From Eledone cirrhosa (lineage: Eukaryota), in NCBI GenBank assembly GCA_964016885.1, contig OZ024741.1, positions 11,656,001-11,720,000 on the forward strand: 64,000 nt of DNA, given 5' to 3'. This document shows positions 47,605 to 62,800 of this stretch, in pieces; the first letter of the stretch is position 1, and every line of letters begins with the position of its first letter. The translations under genes were made by a program, and so were the position numbers. A model generated the notes under the pieces. The model saw only the letters and a list, made by a program, of their open reading frames with translations. It had not been told where the DNA came from and ran no database searches.

Positions 47605-47702
47605 ATATATATATATATATGTATGTATATGTATGTATATGTACGTATTCTGGAATTATCTTTAGAAACGGCATGAGCTCAGCTGTCGGGCCCGACTCTT
47701 TA

Positions 47703-47758
<56 letters not shown>

Positions 47759-47879
47759 TAAGCAACATTGACACCCACACCTATATACATATAGTTTTGT
47801 GTCTAGGTCGGTATATAGAATGATTTATGCAATGTTTCTATGTTTATGCCTGACAATATTTTTTATTACCCCAGTATTA

Positions 47880-50800
47880 TGTTTGTGTGTCTGTGTCACT
47901 GTATGTATGTGTCTGTGTCACTATATGTATGTGTCTGTGTCACTATATGTATGTGTCTGTGTCACTATATGTATGTGTCTGTGTCACTATATGTATGTGT
48001 CTGTGTCACTATATGTATGTGTCTGTGTCACTGTATGTATGTGTCTGTGTCACTATATGTATGTGTCTGTGTCACTATATGTTTGTGTCTGTGTCACTAT
48101 ATGTATGTGTCTGTGTCACTATATGTATGTGTCTGTGTCACTGTATGTATGTGTCTGTGTCACTATATGTATGTGTCTGTGTCACTATATATATGTGTCT
48201 GTGTCACTATATGTATGTGTCTCTGTCACTATATGTATGTGTCTGTGTCACTATATGTATGTGTCTGTGTCACTATATGTATGTGTCTCTGTCACTATAT
48301 GTATGTGTCTCTGTCACTATATGTATGTGTCTGTGTCACTATATGTATGTGTCTGTGTCACTATATGTATGTGTCTGTGTCACTATATGTATGTGTCTCT
48401 GTCACTATATGTATGTGTCTCTGTCACTATATGTATGTGTCTGTGTCACTATATGTATGTGTCTGTGTCACTATATGTATGTGTCTGTGTCACTATATGT
48501 ATGTGTCTGTGTCACGTTATGTATGTGTCTCTGTCACTATATGTATGTGTCTGTGTCACTATATGTATGTGTCTGTGTCACTGTATGTATGTGTCTGTGT
48601 CACTATATGTATGTGTCTGTGTCACTATATGTATGTGTCTGTGTCACTGTAAGTATGTCTCTGTGTCACTATATGTATGTGTCTGTGTCACTATATGTAT
48701 GTGTCTGTATCACTATATGTATGTGTCTGTGTCACTGTATGTATGTGTCTGTGTCACTGTATGTATGTGTCTCTGTCACTATATGTATGTGTGTGTCTGT
48801 GTCACTATATGTATGTGTCTGTATCACTGTATGTTTGTGTCTGTGTCACTATATGTATGTGTCTCTGTCACTATATGTATGTGTCTGTGTCACTGTATGT
48901 ATGTGTCTGTGTCACTATATGGTTGTGTCTGTGTCACTATATGTACGTGTCTGTGTCACTATATGTATGTGTCTGTGTCACTATATGTATGTGTCTGTGT
49001 CACTGTATGTATGTCTCTGTGTCACTATATGTATGTGTCTGTGTCACTATATGTTTGTGTCTGTGTCACTATATGTATGTGTCTGTGTCACTATATGTAT
49101 CTGTCTGTGTCACTATATGTTTGTGTCTGTGTCACTATATGTATGTGTCTGTGTCACTATATGTATGTGTCTGTGTCACTGTATGTATGTGTCTGTGTCA
49201 CTATATGTATGTGTCTGTGTCACTATATGTATGTGTCTGTGTCACTATATGTATGTGTCTGTGTCACTGTATGTATGTGTCTGTGTCACTGTATGTATGT
49301 GTCTGTGTCACTATATGTATGTGTCTGTGTCACTATATGTATGTGTCTGTGTCACTGTATGTATGTGCCTGTGTCACTGTATGTATGTGTCTGTGTCACT
49401 ATATGTATGTGTTTGTGTCACTATATGTATGTGTCTGTCACTATATGTATGTGTCTGTGTCACTGTATATATGTGTCTGTGTCACTATATTTATGTGTCT
49501 GTGTCACTGTATGTATGTGTCTGTGTCACTGTATGTATGTGTCTGTGTCACTATATGTATGTGTCTGTGTCACTATATGTATGTCTGTGTCACTATATGT
49601 TTGTGTGTCTGTGTCACTATATGTATGTGTCTGTGTTACTATATATATGTCTCTGTGTCACTGTATGTATGTGTCTGTGTCACTGTATGTATGTGTCTGT
49701 GTCACTATATGTATGTGTCTGTGTTACTATATATATGTCTCTGTGTCACTGTATGTATGTGTCTGTGTCACTGTATGTATGTGTCTGTGTCACTATATGT
49801 ATGTGTCTGTGTCACTATATGTATGTGTCTGTGTCACTGTATGTATGTGTCTGTGTCACTATATGTATGTCTGTGTCACTATATGTTTGTGTGTCTGTGT
49901 CACTATATGTATGCGTCTGTGTCACTATATATATGTCTCTGTGTCACTGGATGTATGTGTCTGTGTCACTGTATGTATGTGTCTGTGTCACTATATGTAT
50001 GTGTCTGTGTCACTATATGTATGTCTCTGTGTCACTGTATGTATGTGTCTGTGTCACTATATGTATGTGTCTGTGTCACTATATGTATGTGTCTGTGTCA
50101 CTATATGTATGTCTCTGTGTCACTATATGTATGTCTCTGTGTCACTGTATGTATGTGTCTGTGTCACTATATGTATGTGTCTGTGTCACTGTATGTATGT
50201 CTCTGTGTCACTATATGTATGTGTCTGTGTCACTATATGTATGTGTCTGTGTCACTATATGTATGTCTCTGTGTCACTATATGTATGTCTCTGTGTCACT
50301 GTATGTATGTGTCTGTGTCATTATATGTATGTGTCTGTGTCACTATATGTATCTGTCTGTGTCACTACATGTATGTGTCTGTGTTACTATATGTATGTGT
50401 CTGTGTCACTATATGTATGTGTCTGTGTCACTATATGTATGTGTCTGTGTCACTATATGTATGTGTCTGTGTCACTATATGTATGTGTCTGTGTCACTAT
50501 ATGTATGTGTCTGTTTCACTATATGTATGTGTCTGTGTCACTATATGTATGTGTCTGTATCACTGTATGTATGTGTCTGTGTCACTATATGTATGTCTCT
50601 GTGTCACTATATGTATGTGTCTCTGTCACTATATGCATGTATGTGTCTGTGTCACTATATGTATGTGTCTGTGTCACTATATGTATGTGTCTGTGTCACT
50701 ATATGTATGTGTCTGTGTCACTGTATGTATGTGTCTGTGTCACTGTATGTATGTGTCTGTGTCACTATATGTATGTGTCTCTGTCACTATATGTATGTGT

Positions 50801-53800
50801 CTGTGTCACTATATGTATGTGTCTGTGTCACTATATGTATGTGTCTGTGTCACTGTATGTATGTGTCTGTGTCACTATATGTATGTGTCTGTGTCACTAT
50901 ATGTATGTGTCTGTGTCACTATATGTATGTGTCTGTGTCACTATATGTATGTGTCTGTGTCACTATATGTATGTCCCTGTGTCACTATATGTATGTGTCT
51001 GTGTCACTATATGTATGTGTCTGTGTCACTATATGTATGTGTCTGTGTCACTATATGTATGTGTCTGTGTCACTGTATATATGTGTCTGTGTCATTATAT
51101 TTATGTGTCTGTGTCACTGTATGTATGTGTCTGTGTCACTGTATGTATGTGTCTGTGTCACTAAATGTATGTCTGTGTCACTATATGTTTGTGTGTCTGT
51201 GTCACTATATGTATGTGTCTGTGTCACTATATGTATGTGTCTGTGTCACTATATGTATGTGTCTGTATCACTGTATGTATGTGTCTGTGTCACTATATGT
51301 ATGTCTCTGTGTCACTATATGTATGTGTCTCTGTCACTATATGCATGTATGTGTCTGTGTCACTATATGTATGTGTCTGTGTCACTATATGTATGTGTCT
51401 GTGTCACTATATGTATGTGTCTGTGTCACTGTATGTATGTGTCTGTGTCACTGTATGTATGTGTCTGTGTCACTATATGTATATGTCTCTGTCACTATAT
51501 GTATGTTACTGTGACACTATATGTATGTCTCTGTGTCACTATATGTATGTGTCTGTGTCACTATATGTATGTGTCTGTGTCACTATATATATGTGTCTGT
51601 GTCACTATATGTATGTATCTCTGTCACTATATGTATGTGTCTGTGTCACTATATGTATGTGTCTGTGTCATTATATGTATGTGTCTGTGTCACTATATGT
51701 ATGTGTCTGTGTCACTATATGTATGTGTCTTTGTCACTATATGTATGTGTCTGTGTCACTATATGTATGTCTCTGTCACTATATGTATGTGACTGTGTCA
51801 CTATATGTATGTGTCTCTGTCACTATATGTATGTGTCTGTGTCACTATATGTATGTGTCTGTGTCACTATATGTTTGTGTCTGTGTTACTATATATATGT
51901 GTCTTTGTCACTATATGTATGTGTCTGTGCCACTATATGTATGTGTCTCTGTCACTATATGTTTGTATCTGTGTCACTATATGTATGTGTCTGTGTCAAT
52001 ATATGTATGTGTCTGTGTCACTATATGTATGTGTCTTTGTCACTATATGTATGTGTCTGTGCCACTATATGTATGTGTCTCTGTCACTATATGTTTGTAT
52101 CTGTGTCACTATATGTATGTGTCTGTGTCACTGTATGTATGTGTCTGTGTCACTATATGTATGTGTCTCTGTCACTATATGTCTGTGTCTGTGTCACTAT
52201 ATGTATGTGTCTGTGTCACTATATGTTTGTGTCTGTGTTACTATATATATGTGTCTGTGTCACTATATGTATGTGTCTGTGTCACTGTATGTATGTGTCT
52301 GTGTCACTGTATGTATGTGTCTGTGTCACTATATGTATGTGTCTGTGTCACTATATGTATATGTCTCTGTCACTATATGTTTGTATCTGTGTCACTATAT
52401 GTATGTGTCTGTGTCACTATATGTTTGTGTCTGTGTCACTATATATATGTGTCTGTGTCACTATATGTAGGTGTCTGTGTCACTATATGTATGTGTCTCT
52501 GTCACTATATGTATGTGTCTCTGTCACTATATGTATGTGTCTGTGTCACTATATGTTTGTGTCTGTGTTACTATATATATGTGTCTGTGTCACTATATGT
52601 ATGTGTCTGTGTCACTATATGTATGTGTCTGTGTCACTATATGTATGTGTCTTTGTCACTATATGTATGTGTCTGTGCCACTATATGCATGTGTCTCTGT
52701 CACTATATGTTTGTATCTGTGTCACTATATGTATGTGTCTGTGTCACTATATGTATGTGTCTGTGTCACTATATGTATGTGTCTGTGTCACTATATGTAT
52801 GTGTCTCTGTCACTATATGTATGTCTCTGTGTCACTATATGTATGTGTCTGTGTCACTATATGTTTGTGTCTGTGTCACTATATATATGTGTCTGTGTCA
52901 CTATATGTATGTGTCTGTGTCACTATATGTATGTGTCTGTGTCACTGTATGTATGTGTCTGTGTCACTATATGTATGTGTCTCTGTCACTATATGTATGT
53001 GTCTGTATCACTATATGTATGTGTCTGTGTCACTATATGTATGTCTCTGTGTCACTATATGTATGTGTATGTGTCACTGTATGTATGTGTCTGTGTCATT
53101 ATATGTATGTGTCTGTGTCACTGTATGTATGTGTCTGTGCCACTATATGTATGTGACTGTGTCACTATATGTATGTGACTGTGTCACTGTATGTATGTGT
53201 CTGTGTCACTATATGTATGTGTCTGTGTCACTATATGTATGTCTCTGTGTCACTATATGTATGTCTCTGTGTCACTATATGTATGTGCCTGTGTAACTAT
53301 ATGTATGTGTCTGTGCCACTATGTGTATGTGACTGTGTCACTATATGTATGTGACTGTGTCACTGTATGTATGTGTCTGTGTCACTATATGTATGTGTAT
53401 GTGTCACTATATGTATGTCTCTGTGTCACTATATGTATGTCTCTGTGTCACTATATGTATGTGTCTGTGTCACTATATGTATGTGTCTGTGTCACTATAT
53501 GTATGTCTCTGTGTCACTATATGTATGTCTCTGTGTCACTGTATGTATGTGTCTGTGTCACTATATGTATGTGTCTGTGTCACTGTATGTATGTCTCTGT
53601 GTCACTATATGTATGTGTCTGTGTTACTGTATGTATGTGTCTGTGTCATTATATGTATGTGTCTGTGTCACTATATGTATCTGTCTGTGTCACTATATGT
53701 ATGTGTCTGTGTCACTATATGTATGTGTCTGTGTCACTATATGTATGTGTCTGTGTCACTATATGTATGTGTCTGTGTCACTATATGTATGTGTCTGTGT

Positions 53801-56800
53801 CACTATATGTATGTGTCTGTGTCACTATATGTATGCGTCTGTGTCACTATATGTATGTGTCTGTATCACTGTATGTATGTGTCTGTGTCACTATATGTAT
53901 GTCTCTTTGTCACTATATGTATGTGTCTCTGTCACTATATGCATGTATGTGTCTGTGTCACTATATGTATGTGTCTGTGTCACTATATGTATGTGTCTGT
54001 GTCACTATATGTATGTGTCTGTGTCACTGTATGTATGTGTCTGTGTCACTGTATGTATGTGTCTGTGTCACTATATGTATGTGTCTCTGTCACTATATGT
54101 ATGTGTCTGTGTCACTATATGTATGTGTCTGTGTCACTATATGTATGTGTCTGTGTCACTGTATGTATGTGTCTGTGTCACTATATGTATGTGTCTGTGT
54201 CACTATATGTATGTGTCTGTCTCACTATATGTATGTGTCTGTGTCACTATATGTATGTCTCTGTGTCACTATATGTATGTGTCTGTGTCACTATATGTAT
54301 GTGTCTGTGTCACTATATGTATGTGTCTGTGTCACTATATGTATGTGTCTGTGTCACTGTATATATGAGTCTGTGTCATTATATTTATGTGTCTGTGTCA
54401 CTGTATGTATGTGTCTGTGTCACTGTATGTATGTGTCTGTGTCACTAAATGTATGTCTGTGTCACTATATGTTTGTGTGTCTGTGTCACTATATGTATGT
54501 GTCTGTGTCACTATATATATGTGTCTGTGTCACTATATGTATGTGTCTCTGTCACTATATGTATGTGTCTGTGTCACTATATGTATGTGTCTGTGTCATT
54601 ATATGTATGTGTCTGTGTCACTATATGTATGTGTCTGTGTCACTATATGTATGTGTCTTTGTCACTATATTTATGTGTCTCTGTCACTATATGTTTGTAT
54701 CTGTGTCACTATATGTATGTGTCTGTGTCACTATATGTATGTGTCTGTGTCACTATATGTATGTGTCTGTGTCACGATATGTATGTGTCTCTGTCACTAT
54801 ATGTATGTGTCTGTGTCACTATATGTATGTGTCTGTGTCATTATATGTATGTGTCTGTGTCACTATATGTATGTGTCTGTGTCACTATATGTATGTGTCT
54901 GTGTCACGATATGTATGTGTCTCTGTCACTATATGTATGTGTCTGTGTCACTATATGTATGTGTCTGTGTCACTGTATGTATGTGTCTGTGTCACTATAT
55001 GTATGTGTCTGTGTCACTATATGTATGTGTCTGTGTCACTGTAAGTATGTCTCTGTGTCACTATATGTATGTGTCTGTGTCACTATATGTATGTGTCTGT
55101 GTCACTATATGTATGTGTCTGTGTCACTGTATGTATGTGTCTGTGTCACTGTATGTATGTGTCTCTGTCACTATATGTATGTATGTGTCTGTGTCACTAT
55201 ATGTATGTGTCTGTATCACTGTATGTTTGTGTCTGTGTCACTATATGTATGTGTCTCTCTCACTATATGTATGTGTCTGTGTCACTGTATGTATGTGTCT
55301 GTGTCACTATATGGTTGTGTCTGTGTCACTATATGTACGTGTCTGTGTCACTATATGTATGTGTCTGTGTCACTATATGTATGTGTCTGTGTCACTGTAT
55401 GTATGTCTCTGTGTCACTATATGTGTGTGTCTGTGTCACTATATGTTTGTGTCTGTGTCACTATATATATGTGTCTGTGTCACTATATGTATGTGTCTGT
55501 GTCACTGTATGTATGTGTCTGTGTCATTATATGTTTGTGTTTGTGTCACTATATGTATGTGTCTGTGTCACTATATGTATGTGTCTGTGTCACTGTATGT
55601 ATGTGTCTGTGTCACTATATGTTTGTGTCTGTGTCACTATATGTATGTGTCTGTGTCACTATATGTATGTGTCTGTGTCACTGTATGTATGTGTCTGTGT
55701 CACTATATGTATGTGTCTGTGTCACTATATGTATGTGTCTGTGTCACTATATGTATGTGTCTGTGTCACTGTATGTATGTGTCTGTGTCACTATATGTAT
55801 GTGTCTGTGTCACTATATGTATGTGTCTGTGTCACTGTATGTATGTGCCTGTGTCACTGTATGTATGTGTCTGTGTCACTATATGTATGTGTCTGTGTCA
55901 CTATATGTATGTGTCTGTCACTATATGTATGTGTCTGTGTCACTGTATATATGTGTCTGTGTCACTATATTTATGTGTCTGTGTCACTGTATGTATGTGT
56001 CTGTGTCACTGTATGTATGTGTCTGTGTCACTATATGTATGTGTCTGTGTCACTATATGTATGTCTGTGTCACTATATGTTTGTGTGTCTGTGTCACTAT
56101 ATGTATGTGTCTGTGTCACTGTATGTATGTGTCTGTGTCACTATATGTATGTGTCTGTGTTACTATATATATGTCTCTGTGTCACTGTATGTATGTGTCT
56201 GTGTCACTGTATGTATGTGTCTGTGTCACTATATGTATGTGTCTGTGTTACTATATATATGTCTCTGTGTCACTGTATGTATGTGTCTGTGTCACTGTAT
56301 GTATGTGTCTGTGTCACTATATGTATGTGTCTGTGTCACTATATGTATGTGTCTGTGTCACTGTATGTATGTGTCTGTGTCACTATATGTATGTCTGTGT
56401 CACTATATGTTTGTGTGTCTGTGTCACTATATGTATGCGTCTGTGTCACTATATATATGTCTCTGTGTCACTGGATGTATGTGTCTGTGTCACTGTATGT
56501 ATGTGTCTGTGTCACTATATGTATGTGTCTGTGTCACTATATGTATGTCTCTGTGTCACTGTATGTATGTGTCTGTGTCACTATATGTATGTGTCTGTGT
56601 CACTATATGTATGTGTCTGTGTCACTATATGTATGTCTCTGTGTCACTATATGTATGTCTCTGTGTCACTGTATGTATGTGTCTGTGTCACTATATGTAT
56701 GTGTCTGTGTCACTGTATGTATGTCTCTGTGTCACTATATGTATGTGTCTGTGTCACTATATGTATGTGTCTGTGTCACTATATGTATGTCTCTGTGTCA

Positions 56801-59800
56801 CTATATGTATGTCTCTGTGTCACTGTATGTATGTGTCTGTGTCATTATATGTATGTGTCTGTGTCACTATATGTATCTGTCTGTGTCACTACATGTATGT
56901 GTCTGTGTTACTATATGTATGTGTCTGTGTCACTATATGTATGTGTCTGTGTCACTATATGTATGTGTCTGTGTCACTATATGTATGTGTCTGTGTCACT
57001 ATATGTATGTGTCTGTGTCACTATATGTATGTGTCTGTTTCACTATATGTATGTGTCTGTGTCACTATATGTATGTGTCTGTATCACTGTATGTATGTGT
57101 CTGTGTCACTATATGTATGTCTCTGTGTCACTATATGTATGTGTCTCTGTCACTATATGCATGTATGTGTCTGTGTCACTATATGTATGTGTCTGTGTCA
57201 CTATATGTATGTGTCTGTGTCACTATATGTATGTGTCTGTGTCACTGTATGTATGTGTCTGTGTCACTGTATGTATGTGTCTGTGTCACTATATGTATGT
57301 GTCTCTGTCACTATATGTATGTGTCTGTGTCACTATATGTATGTGTCTGTGTCACTATATGTATGTGTCTGTGTCACTGTATGTATGTGTCTGTGTCACT
57401 ATATGTATGTGTCTGTGTCACTATATGTATGTGTCTGTGTCACTATATGTATGTGTCTGTGTCACTATATGTATGTGTCTGTGTCACTATATGTATGTCC
57501 CTGTGTCACTATATGTATGTGTCTGTGTCACTATATGTATGTGTCTGTGTCACTATATGTATGTGTCTGTGTCACTATATGTATGTGTCTGTGTCACTGT
57601 ATATATGTGTCTGTGGCATTATATTTATGTGTCTGTGTCACTGTATGTATGTGTCTGTGTCACTGTATGTATGTGTCTGTGTCACTAAATGTATGTCTGT
57701 GTCACTATATGTTTGTGTGTCTGTGTCACTATATGTATGTGTCTGTGTCACTATATGTATGTGTCTGTGTCACTATATGTATGTGTCTGTATCACTGTAT
57801 GTATGTGTCTGTGTCACTATATGTATGTCTCTGTGTCACTATATGTATGTGTCTCTGTCACTATATGCATGTATGTGTCTGTGTCACTATATGTATGTGT
57901 CTGTGTCACTATATGTATGTGTCTGTGTCACTATATGTATGTGTCTGTGTCACTGTATGTATGTGTCTGTGTCACTGTATGTATGTGTCTGTGTCACTAT
58001 ATGTATATGTCTCTGTCACTATATGTATGTTACTGTGACACTATATGTATGTCTCTGTGTCACTATATGTATGTGTCTGTGTCACTATATGTATGTGTCT
58101 GTGTCACTATATATATGTGTCTGTGTCACTATATGTATGTATCTCTGTCACTATATGTATGTGTCTGTGTCACTATATGTATGTGTCTGTGTCATTATAT
58201 GTATGTGTCTGTGTCACTATATGTATGTGTCTGTGTCACTATATGTATGTGTCTTTGTCACTATATGTATGTGTCTGTGTCACTATATGTATGTCTCTGT
58301 CACTATATGTATGTGACTGTGTCACTATATGTATGTGTCTCTGTCACTATATGTATGTGTCTGTGTCACTATATGTATGTGTCTGTGTCACTATATGTTT
58401 GTGTCTGTGTTACTATATATATGTGTCTTTGTCACTATATGTATGTGTCTGTGCCACTATATGTATGTGTCTCTGTCACTATATGTTTGTATCTGTGTCA
58501 CTATATGTATGTGTCTGTGTCAATATATGTATGTGTCTGTGTCACTATATGTATGTGTCTTTGTCACTATATGTATGTGTCTGTGCCACTATATGTATGT
58601 GTCTCTGTCACTATATGTTTGTATCTGTGTCACTATATGTATGTGTCTGTGTCACTGTATGTATGTGTCTGTGTCACTATATGTATGTGTCTCTGTCACT
58701 ATATGTCTGTGTCTGTGTCACTATATGTATGTGTCTGTGTCACTATATGTTTGTGTCTGTGTTACTATATATATGTGTCTGTGTCACTATATGTATGTGT
58801 CTGTGTCACTGTATGTATGTGTCTGTGTCACTGTATGTATGTGTCTGTGTCACTATATGTATGTGTCTGTGTCACTATATGTATATGTCTCTGTCACTAT
58901 ATGTTTGTATCTGTGTCACTATATGTATGTGTCTGTGTCACTATATGTTTGTGTCTGTGTCACTATATATATGTGTCTGTGTCACTATATGTAGGTGTCT
59001 GTGTCACTATATGTATGTGTCTCTGTCACTATATGTATGTGTCTCTGTCACTATATGTATGTGTCTGTGTCACTATATGTTTGTTTCTGTGTTACTATAT
59101 ATATGTGTCTGTGTCACTATATGTATGTGTCTGTGTCACTATATGTATGTGTCTGTGTCACTATATGTATGTGTCTTTGTCACTATATGTATGTGTCTGT
59201 GCCACTATATGCATGTGTCTCTGTCACTATATGTTTGTATCTGTGTCACTATATGTATGTGTCTGTGTCACTATATGTATGTGTCTGTGTCACTATATGT
59301 ATGTGTCTGTGTCACTATATGTATGTGTCTCTGTCACTATATGTATGTCTCTGTGTCACTATATGTATGTGTCTGTGTCACTATATGTTTGTGTCTGTGT
59401 CACTATATATATGTGTCTGTGTCACTATATGTATGTGTCTGTGTCACTATATGTATGTGTCTGTGTCACTGTATGTATGTGTCTGTGTCACTATATGTAT
59501 GTGTCTCTGTCACTATATGTATGTGTCTGTATCACTATATGTATGTGTCTGTGTCACTATATGTATGTCTCTGTGTCACTATATGTATGTGTATGTGTCA
59601 CTGTATGTATGTGTCTGTGTCATTATATGTATGTGTCTGTGTCACTGTATGTATGTGTCTGTGCCACTATATGTATGTGACTGTGTCACTATATGTATGT
59701 GACTGTGTCACTGTATGTATGTGTCTGTGTCACTATATGTATGTGTCTGTGTCACTATATGTATGTCTCTGTGTCACTATATGTATGTCTCTGTGTCACT

Positions 59801-62800
59801 ATATGTATGTGCCTGTGTAACTATATGTATGTGTCTGTGCCACTATATGTATGTGACTGTGTCACTATATGTATGTGACTGTGTCACTGTATGTATGTGT
59901 CTGTGTCACTATATGTATGTGTCTGTGTCACTATATGTATGTCTCTGTGTCACTATATGTATGTCTCTGTGTCACTATATGTATGTGTCTGTGTCACTAT
60001 ATGTATGTGTCTGTGTCACTATATGTATGTCTCTGTGTCACTATATGTATGTCTCTGTGTCACTGTATGTATGTGTCTGTGTCACTATATGTATGTGTCT
60101 GTGTCACTGTATGTATGTCTCTGTGTCACTATATGTATGTGTCTGTGTTACTGTATGTATGTGTCTGTGTCATTATATGTATGTGTCTGTGTCACTATAT
60201 GTATCTGTCTGTGTCACTATATGTATGTGTCTGTGTCACTATATGTATGTGTCTGTGTCACTATATGTATGTGTCTGTGTCACTATATGTATGTGTCTGT
60301 GTCACTATATGTATGTGTCTGTGTCACTATATGTATGTGTCTGTGTCACTATATGTATGTGTCTGTGTCACTATATGTATGTGTCTGTGTCACTATATGT
60401 ATGTGTCTGTATCACTGTATGTATGTGTCTGTGTCACTATATGTATGTCTCTTTGTCACTATATGTATGTGTCTCTGTCACTATATGCATGTATGTGTCT
60501 GTGTCACTATATGTATGTGTCTGTGTCACTATATGTATGTGTCTGTGTCACTATATGTATGTGTCTGTGTCACTGTATGTATGTGTCTGTGTCACTGTAT
60601 GTATGTGTCTGTGTCACTATATGTATGTGTCTCTGTCACTATATGTATGTGTCTGTGTCACTATATGTATGTGTCTGTGTCACTATATGTATGTGTCTGT
60701 GTCACTGTATGTATGTGTCTGTGTCACTATATGTATGTGTCTGTGTCACTATATGTATGTGTCTGTCTCACTATATGTATGTGTCTGTGTCACTATATGT
60801 ATGTCTCTGTGTCACTATATGTATGTGTCTGTGTCACTATATGTATGTGTCTGTGTCACTATATGTATGTGTCTGTGTCACTATATGTATGTGTCTGTGT
60901 CACTGTATATATGAGTCTGTGTCATTATATTTATGTGTCTGTGTCACTGTATGTATGTGTCTGTGTCACTGTATGTATGTGTCTGTGTCACTAAATGTAT
61001 GTCTGTGTCACTATATGTTTGTGTGTCTGTGTCACTATATGTATGTGTCTGTGTCACTATATATATGTGTCTGTGTCACTATATGTATGTGTCTCTGTCA
61101 CTATATGTATGTGTCTGTGTCAATATATGTATGTGTCTGTGTCATTATATGTATGTGTCTGTGTCACTATATGTATGTGTCTGTGTCACTATATGTATGT
61201 GTCTTTGTCACTATATTTATGTGTCTCTGTCACTATATGTTTGTATCTGTGTCACTATATGTATGTGTCTGTGTCACTATATGTATGTGTCTGTGTCACT
61301 ATATGTATGTGTCTGTGTCACGATATGTATGTGTCTCTGTCACTATATGTATGTGTCTGTGTCACTATATGTATGTGTCTGTGTCATTATATGTATGTGT
61401 CTGTGTCACTATATGTATGTGTCTGTGTCACTATATGTATGTGTCTGTGTCACGATATGTATGTGTCTCTGTCACTATATGTATGTGTCTGTGTCACTAT
61501 ATGTATGTGTCTGTGTCACTGTATGTATGTGTCTGTGTCACTATATGTATGTGTCTGTGTCACTATATGTATGTGTCTGTGTCACTGTAAGTATGTCTCT
61601 GTGTCACTATATGTATGTGTCTGTGTCACTATATGTATGTGTCTGTGTCACTATATGTATGTGTCTGTGTCACTGTATGTATGTGTCTGTGTCACTGTAT
61701 GTATGTGTCTCTGTCACTATATGTATGTATGTGTCTGTGTCACTATATGTATGTGTCTGTATCACTGTATGTTTGTGTCTGTGTCACTATATGTATGTGT
61801 CTCTCTCACTATATGTATGTGTCTGTGTCACTGTATGTATGTGTCTGTGTCACTATATGGTTGTGTCTGTGTCACTATATGTACGTGTCTGTGTCACTAT
61901 ATGTATGTGTCTGTGTCACTATATGTATGTGTCTGTGTCACTGTATGTATGTCTCTGTGTCACTATATGTGTGTGTCTGTGTCACTATATGTTTGTGTCT
62001 GTGTCACTATATATATGTGTCTGTGTCACTATATGTATGTGTCTGTGTCACTGTATGTATGTGTCTGTGTCATTATATGTTTGTGTTTGTGTCACTATAT
62101 GTATGTGTCTGTGTCACTATATGTATGTGTCTGTGTCACTGTATGTATGTGTCTGTGTCACTATATGTTTGTGTCTGTGTCACTATATGTATGTGTCTGT
62201 GTCACTATATGTATGTGTCTGTGTCACTGTATGTATGTGTCTGTGTCACTATATGTATGTGTCTGTGTCACTATATGTATGTGTCTGTGTCACTATATGT
62301 ATGTGTCTGTGTCACTGTATGTATGTGTCTGTGTCACTATATGTATGTGTCTGTGTCACTATATGTATGTGTCTGTGTCACTGTATGTATGTGCCTGTGT
62401 CACTGTATGTATGTGTCTGTGTCACTATATGTATGTGTCTGTGTCACTATATGTATGTGTCTGTCACTATATGTATGTGTCTGTGTCACTGTATATATGT
62501 GTCTGTGTCACTATATTTATGTGTCTGTGTCACTGTATGTATGTGTCTGTGTCACTGTATGTATGTGTCTGTGTCACTATATGTATGTGTCTGTGTCACT
62601 ATATGTATGTCTGTGTCACTATATGTTTGTGTGTCTGTGTCACTATATGTATGTGTCTGTGTTACTATATATATGTCTCTGTGTCACTGTATGTATGTGT
62701 CTGTGTCACTGTATGTATGTGTCTGTGTCACTATATGTATGTGTCTGTGTTACTATATATATGTCTCTGTGTCACTGTATGTATGTGTCTGTGTCACTGT

